Origin: Peptococcaceae bacterium | GTDB lineage: Bacteria > Bacillota > Dehalobacteriia > UBA7702 | Length of the DNA: 63,536 nt | NCBI GenBank assembly: GCA_019415505.1 | Contig: DXZC01000001.1 | Location: 1-63,536 of the forward strand | Direction: 5' to 3' | Shown: positions 60,420-63,536 of the stretch, in pieces | Layout of the letters: every line of letters begins with the position of its first letter | Numbering within the stretch: position 1 is the stretch's first letter | The notes under the pieces: model-generated | The model's database searches: none | Told to the model about the DNA's origin: nothing | Seen by the model: only the letters and a program-made list of their open reading frames with translations | Translations under genes and position numbers: made by a program

Positions 60420-60789
60420 ACATCTCCAATAACTACAATCCCAAGCTGGGATATAAATTAGCATTACCCAGCGCATCCTGGTTATACATACTCCTGCTCA
60501 ATCTGTTATCAGCTACTATATTTAGACTGGGAATTTTTACTGGCTTCAATATATCCCCTCACCATTAGGGACAGCTATACCAGACCTTCCCCCTAAAAAG
60601 CTTTTTACCGGTATATCAGGGAAGTTGGAAGTTTTGCTTGAGGAGCTAACGTCTCAAGACGCGGTATATCAGGGCCATAATTTATCCTAGCCAAAGAATG
60701 GGCCGGAGGTATAGCTATTTTAGGGCAAGCTAAAGGCTAAACTAAAACCAATTTGATACTTTAACGCTGACTTATCTTACTCGTTGGCT

Positions 60790-60825
60790 GGCAAGGGCCT
60801 GTGGTTTTTACCACAGGCCCTTGCC
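60790..60825. terminator. perfect 15-bp stem hairpin after the opuA operon
   Basis: GGCAAGGGCCTGTGG-ttttta-CCACAGGCCCTTGCC, 25 nt downstream of the opuAC stop. Confidence 0.75.
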
Positions 60826-60849
60826 ATATTCAGAATAGTTATACACTTT

Positions 60850-61794
60850 TTATTTAAGAAAGCCATTGGCAGTCAGCCACTCCTCGGCTACTTCGTCCGG
60901 TTCCATACCTTCACCGTCTACCTGGTAATTTAATTCCTGCATTACATCATCAGTGAGTAAGGCGGAAATGGGGTTGAGCGAATCGGCGATATCAGGATTA
61001 GCTTCCAGGGTTTCCGTGCGCAGGCAGGGCGCGCCATTGTAAATGGGGAAGAAGTTTTTATCATCTGTCAAAAGCGTCAGGCCATATTGGGGAATACGTC
61101 CGTCAGTGGCAAAGACCATGCCAACGTCAGCTTGACCGTCATCCAGGGTGGAATAAACTATGCCCATATCCATCACGGAGATATCTTTACCAAAATCCGT
61201 GCCATAAGTTTCTTCTAAACCGGGGAGACAGTCGGGCCGCACAGTAAACTCATGGTCGCAGGCCAAAACCAACTCGCCGGGATTAGCCGCTAGATACTCG
61301 CCTAATTCGGTATAATTGGTAATACCCAATTCCTTGGCTCTCTCTTCCTTCATGGCCAAAGCATAGGTATTATTAAGTGGGGCGTAGTCCAACCAGGTGA
61401 TACCGTTGGCGGCGTCAGCCTCCACTAAAGCATCGTACAGAGCCTGAGGGTCGTTGATAACCTCGGTTTTACCTAAGTGGGTCTGCCAGCCAGTACCGGT
61501 ATATTCCCAATAAATATCAAACTCGCCGGACTCCAAGGCGCTGCGGCACACATCGGAGCCGGAAACATTGGTCTTATCCTCAACTGTATAACCGGCATTT
61601 TCCAAGACCTGTATGGTCATTTGTCCCAAAATTAATTGCTCGGTAAAGTCCTTGCTGCCAACCTTAATGGTTACGCCCTTGTCAGCGGCGGCACTGTCAG
61701 AGTCCTTTTCAGCATCATCGGAGCCACAGGCGGCAAAGGAAAACACCAAGGCTACGGTTAGTAATAGTACCAGAATTTTACTGCGTTTTTTCAT
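60850..61794 (-). CDS. glycine betaine/quaternary-amine ABC transporter substrate-binding lipoprotein (OpuAC type)
   Basis: Lipobox FAACGS and aromatic-box context YWEYTGTGW. ATG at 61794 follows AGGAGG. Confidence 0.85.
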   Translation of the reverse strand: MKKRSKILVLLLTVALVFSFAACGSDDAEKDSDSAAADKGVTIKVGSKDFTEQLILGQMTIQVLENAGYTVEDKTNVSGSDVCRSALESGEFDIYWEYTGTGWQTHLGKTEVINDPQALYDALVEADAANGITWLDYAPLNNTYALAMKEERAKELGITNYTELGEYLAANPGELVLACDHEFTVRPDCLPGLEETYGTDFGKDISVMDMGIVYSTLDDGQADVGMVFATDGRIPQYGLTLLTDDKNFFPIYNGAPCLRTETLEANPDIADSLNPISALLTDDVMQELNYQVDGEGMEPDEVAEEWLTANGFLK

Positions 61795-61866
61795 GCTTTT
61801 TCCTCCTAATTTAAACTCTCTACTTATATTTGCAACAGCATTATAACCCAAACTTTGTCCTAGTGG

Positions 61867-62646
61867 TTAAGCGGCCTTGATCGGAGTTTTTTCAGCCTGC
61901 GAGGGCGCGTTGGCATTATGGGAAAGCAGCCTTTCAATCAGGCCCAAAATATTATCTATAAAGAGGGCTAATAAGGTTGAATAGCCCGCTCCCAAAAGCA
62001 TAATCTGCATACGGTTGATATTTTTACCGGCAATAATTAAATCGCCTAAGCCGCCGGCGCCCACAAAGGCGGCAATAATGGCGGTAGCCACATTAATCAC
62101 AACCGCGGTACGAATACCGGCAAAAATAACCGGCAGCGCAGAAGGCAGCTCTATTTTATAAAGGGTTTTAAATTTAGTCATACCCATACCATAGGCCGCG
62201 TCTATCATTGCGGGGTTCACCCCCCGAATACCGGCTATGGTGTTATTGAGAATAGGTAAAAGGGAGTAAATCCATAAAGCGAAGATGGCTGTTTTAGCGC
62301 CAATGCCCAAAATACCCACAAAGAGGGCTATGACCGCAAAGCTGGGTATGGTCTGGCAAATGTTCACCACCGCTACCACTGGGCCGCAAAGCCGCTGAAA
62401 GGATTTGCGGGTGATAATAATGCCCAAAGGCACTGAGGTACACACCGCCAAGGCCGAGGAAACTAAAATCAGATATAAATGTTGCTTAAGACAGGTCAGT
62501 AGCCTAGTCCAAGTAATAAAGTTAGCCACAATACTGTCCTGGGGATAATGTATAACATACCAAGCCCCTACCCCGGCCACAAGGAGAATAGCCCCAGGTA
62601 ACAGTATGTCATACCAATGTATTCTACTGGTTTTTGCCATCTTCAT
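61867..62646 (-). CDS. glycine betaine ABC transporter permease (OpuAB type)
   Basis: EAA-like loop DAAYGMGMTKFKTLYKIELP; 6 TM helices. Confidence 0.85.
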   Translation of the reverse strand: MKMAKTSRIHWYDILLPGAILLVAGVGAWYVIHYPQDSIVANFITWTRLLTCLKQHLYLILVSSALAVCTSVPLGIIITRKSFQRLCGPVVAVVNICQTIPSFAVIALFVGILGIGAKTAIFALWIYSLLPILNNTIAGIRGVNPAMIDAAYGMGMTKFKTLYKIELPSALPVIFAGIRTAVVINVATAIIAAFVGAGGLGDLIIAGKNINRMQIMLLGAGYSTLLALFIDNILGLIERLLSHNANAPSQAEKTPIKAA

Positions 62647-63536
62647 TCACCGCTTCAAAAAGTTCTTCCAGCCCAATTAGGCCCTGGGCTTTATTATCAT
62701 CATTGATCACAAAGACGCACCTTTCACCGCTGCCAAAAATCGTGCCCAAGGCGTCATAGAGAGTTTTACTGCCCTGAACCCCGGTTTTATGACCGATGAG
62801 CATTGCCGGTATATCCCGGCCAACGCTACCCACAGGTATATAACCCAGCGGCGCGCCGCCCTCGTCCGTAACGCCGACAAAGGCATATTTATCTTTGACT
62901 GCCAGGGCTTGGACTATAGCTTCCCCCTGGCTTAAAGGATAAATAGGCGCGGAAAAGGCAAAATCCTGGCAACGCGTAAGAGAAAATCGCTTTAATATGC
63001 GGTTTTCACCCACTAAGCTTTCCACAAATTCATTGGCTGGATTTGTCAGTATCTCGTGGGGCGTACCGTATTGGACAAAATTGCCGTTTTGCATAACCCC
63101 AATTTTATCCCCCATCTTTATAGCTTCATCCATATCGTGGGTGACAAAAACAATGGTTTTTTTAATTTTTTCCTGAATCTTTAAAAATTCATTCTGTAAC
63201 TTGGACCTGGTTATAGGGTCCAAAGCCCCAAAGGGCTCGTCCATTAACATTATAGGCGGGTCCCCAGCTAACGCTCTGGCGACACCAACCCGCTGTTTTT
63301 GACCGCCGCTTAAAGCTGAAGGCTTTTTCTTGGCATATACAGAGGGGTCTAAATCCACCAACTGTAACATCTCCATTACCCGGTCGGCAATGCGTTTTTT
63401 GGACCATTTCTTTTCCGTTGGCACCACGGCAATATTTTTTTCAATGGTATAGTGGGGAAACAAGCCGGTTTCCTGAATTACATAGCCAATGTTGCGCCTT
63501 AATTCTATGGGATTGAGGGTTTCAATATCCTCACCG
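62624..63536 (-). CDS. glycine betaine ABC transporter ATP-binding protein with tandem CBS domains (OpuAA/ProV type), N-terminus outside the window
   Basis: [15 protein letters not shown] and LMDEPFGALD motifs with a C-terminal CBS pair. The frame stays open upstream of the ORF-track Met to the window end (…NIGYVIQETGLFPHYT). Confidence 0.9.
   Translation of the reverse strand, partial: GEDIETLNPIELRRNIGYVIQETGLFPHYTIEKNIAVVPTEKKWSKKRIADRVMEMLQLVDLDPSVYAKKKPSALSGGQKQRVGVARALAGDPPIMLMDEPFGALDPITRSKLQNEFLKIQEKIKKTIVFVTHDMDEAIKMGDKIGVMQNGNFVQYGTPHEILTNPANEFVESLVGENRILKRFSLTRCQDFAFSAPIYPLSQGEAIVQALAVKDKYAFVGVTDEGGAPLGYIPVGSVGRDIPAMLIGHKTGVQGSKTLYDALGTIFGSGERCVFVINDDNKAQGLIGLEELFEAVNEDGKNQ

Noticed and set aside
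59025-60476. A pyrrolysine (in-frame UAG) containing trimethylamine methyltransferase.
   Set aside because: The ORF is continuous over the full family length with no in-frame TAG, and no pylTSBCD genes are in the window. The small TAG-interrupted ORF at about 18480-18630 was also considered for recoding and dismissed, because it has no RBS and lies just after a terminator.

Overview
This looks like a chromosomal segment from a Gram-positive anaerobe of the Firmicutes/Clostridia type. The clues are SLH-anchored envelope proteins, an IspH-S1 fusion, corrinoid/MttB methyltransferase genes and a multi-LysM protein. Most genes are on the minus strand. Positions 1-22.3 kb are a housekeeping block: the complete F0F1 ATP synthase operon (atpZ-atpI-atpBEFHAGDC), wecB, dCMP deaminase, rpiB, an LMW phosphatase and tsaC/sua5 (order resembles B. 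subtilis ywlC-ywlE-rpiB...atp), then csp, a divergent MoxR-AAA/VWA pair, a TetR-ABC efflux unit, and cmk-plsC-ispH::rpsA. Positions 22-39 kb hold envelope and transport genes: an amino-acid ABC transporter, an SLH protein, HtrA, split ChrA, patatin, a DAG-kinase-like gene, an FAD lipoprotein, MarR-SMR and a 10xLysM protein. Positions 38.7-46.4 kb are accessory-looking. They contain an orphan corrinoid protein, a CGGC protein, and a very gene-poor stretch (39.9-43.8 kb) with only DUF2200 and a Vat-type acetyltransferase among diverged repeats and an ORF-ambiguous GC-rich segment. Positions 46.9-54.7 kb carry DUF4127-SLH and a metal block: cadA, a free-standing HMA gene, an ArsR/CadC regulator, and DUF134 with a NifX-like protein that has a His/Cys-rich tail. 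Positions 54.8-63.5 kb carry ybaK, an HXXEE protein, a nitroreductase, TetR+YhgE/Pip, a pyrrolysine-free MttB-family methyltransferase and an OpuA-type betaine ABC transporter (last gene truncated by the window end). I found no rRNA, tRNA, CRISPR array, intact transposase or recognisable phage-defence genes. The unexplained signals are mostly non-coding: short-period degenerate tandem arrays, long palindromes/operators, an SD-sequestering long hairpin, and several ORF-free structured stretches. All calls come from reading the sequence and translations by eye. No database search was run, and family names rest on motif recognition.
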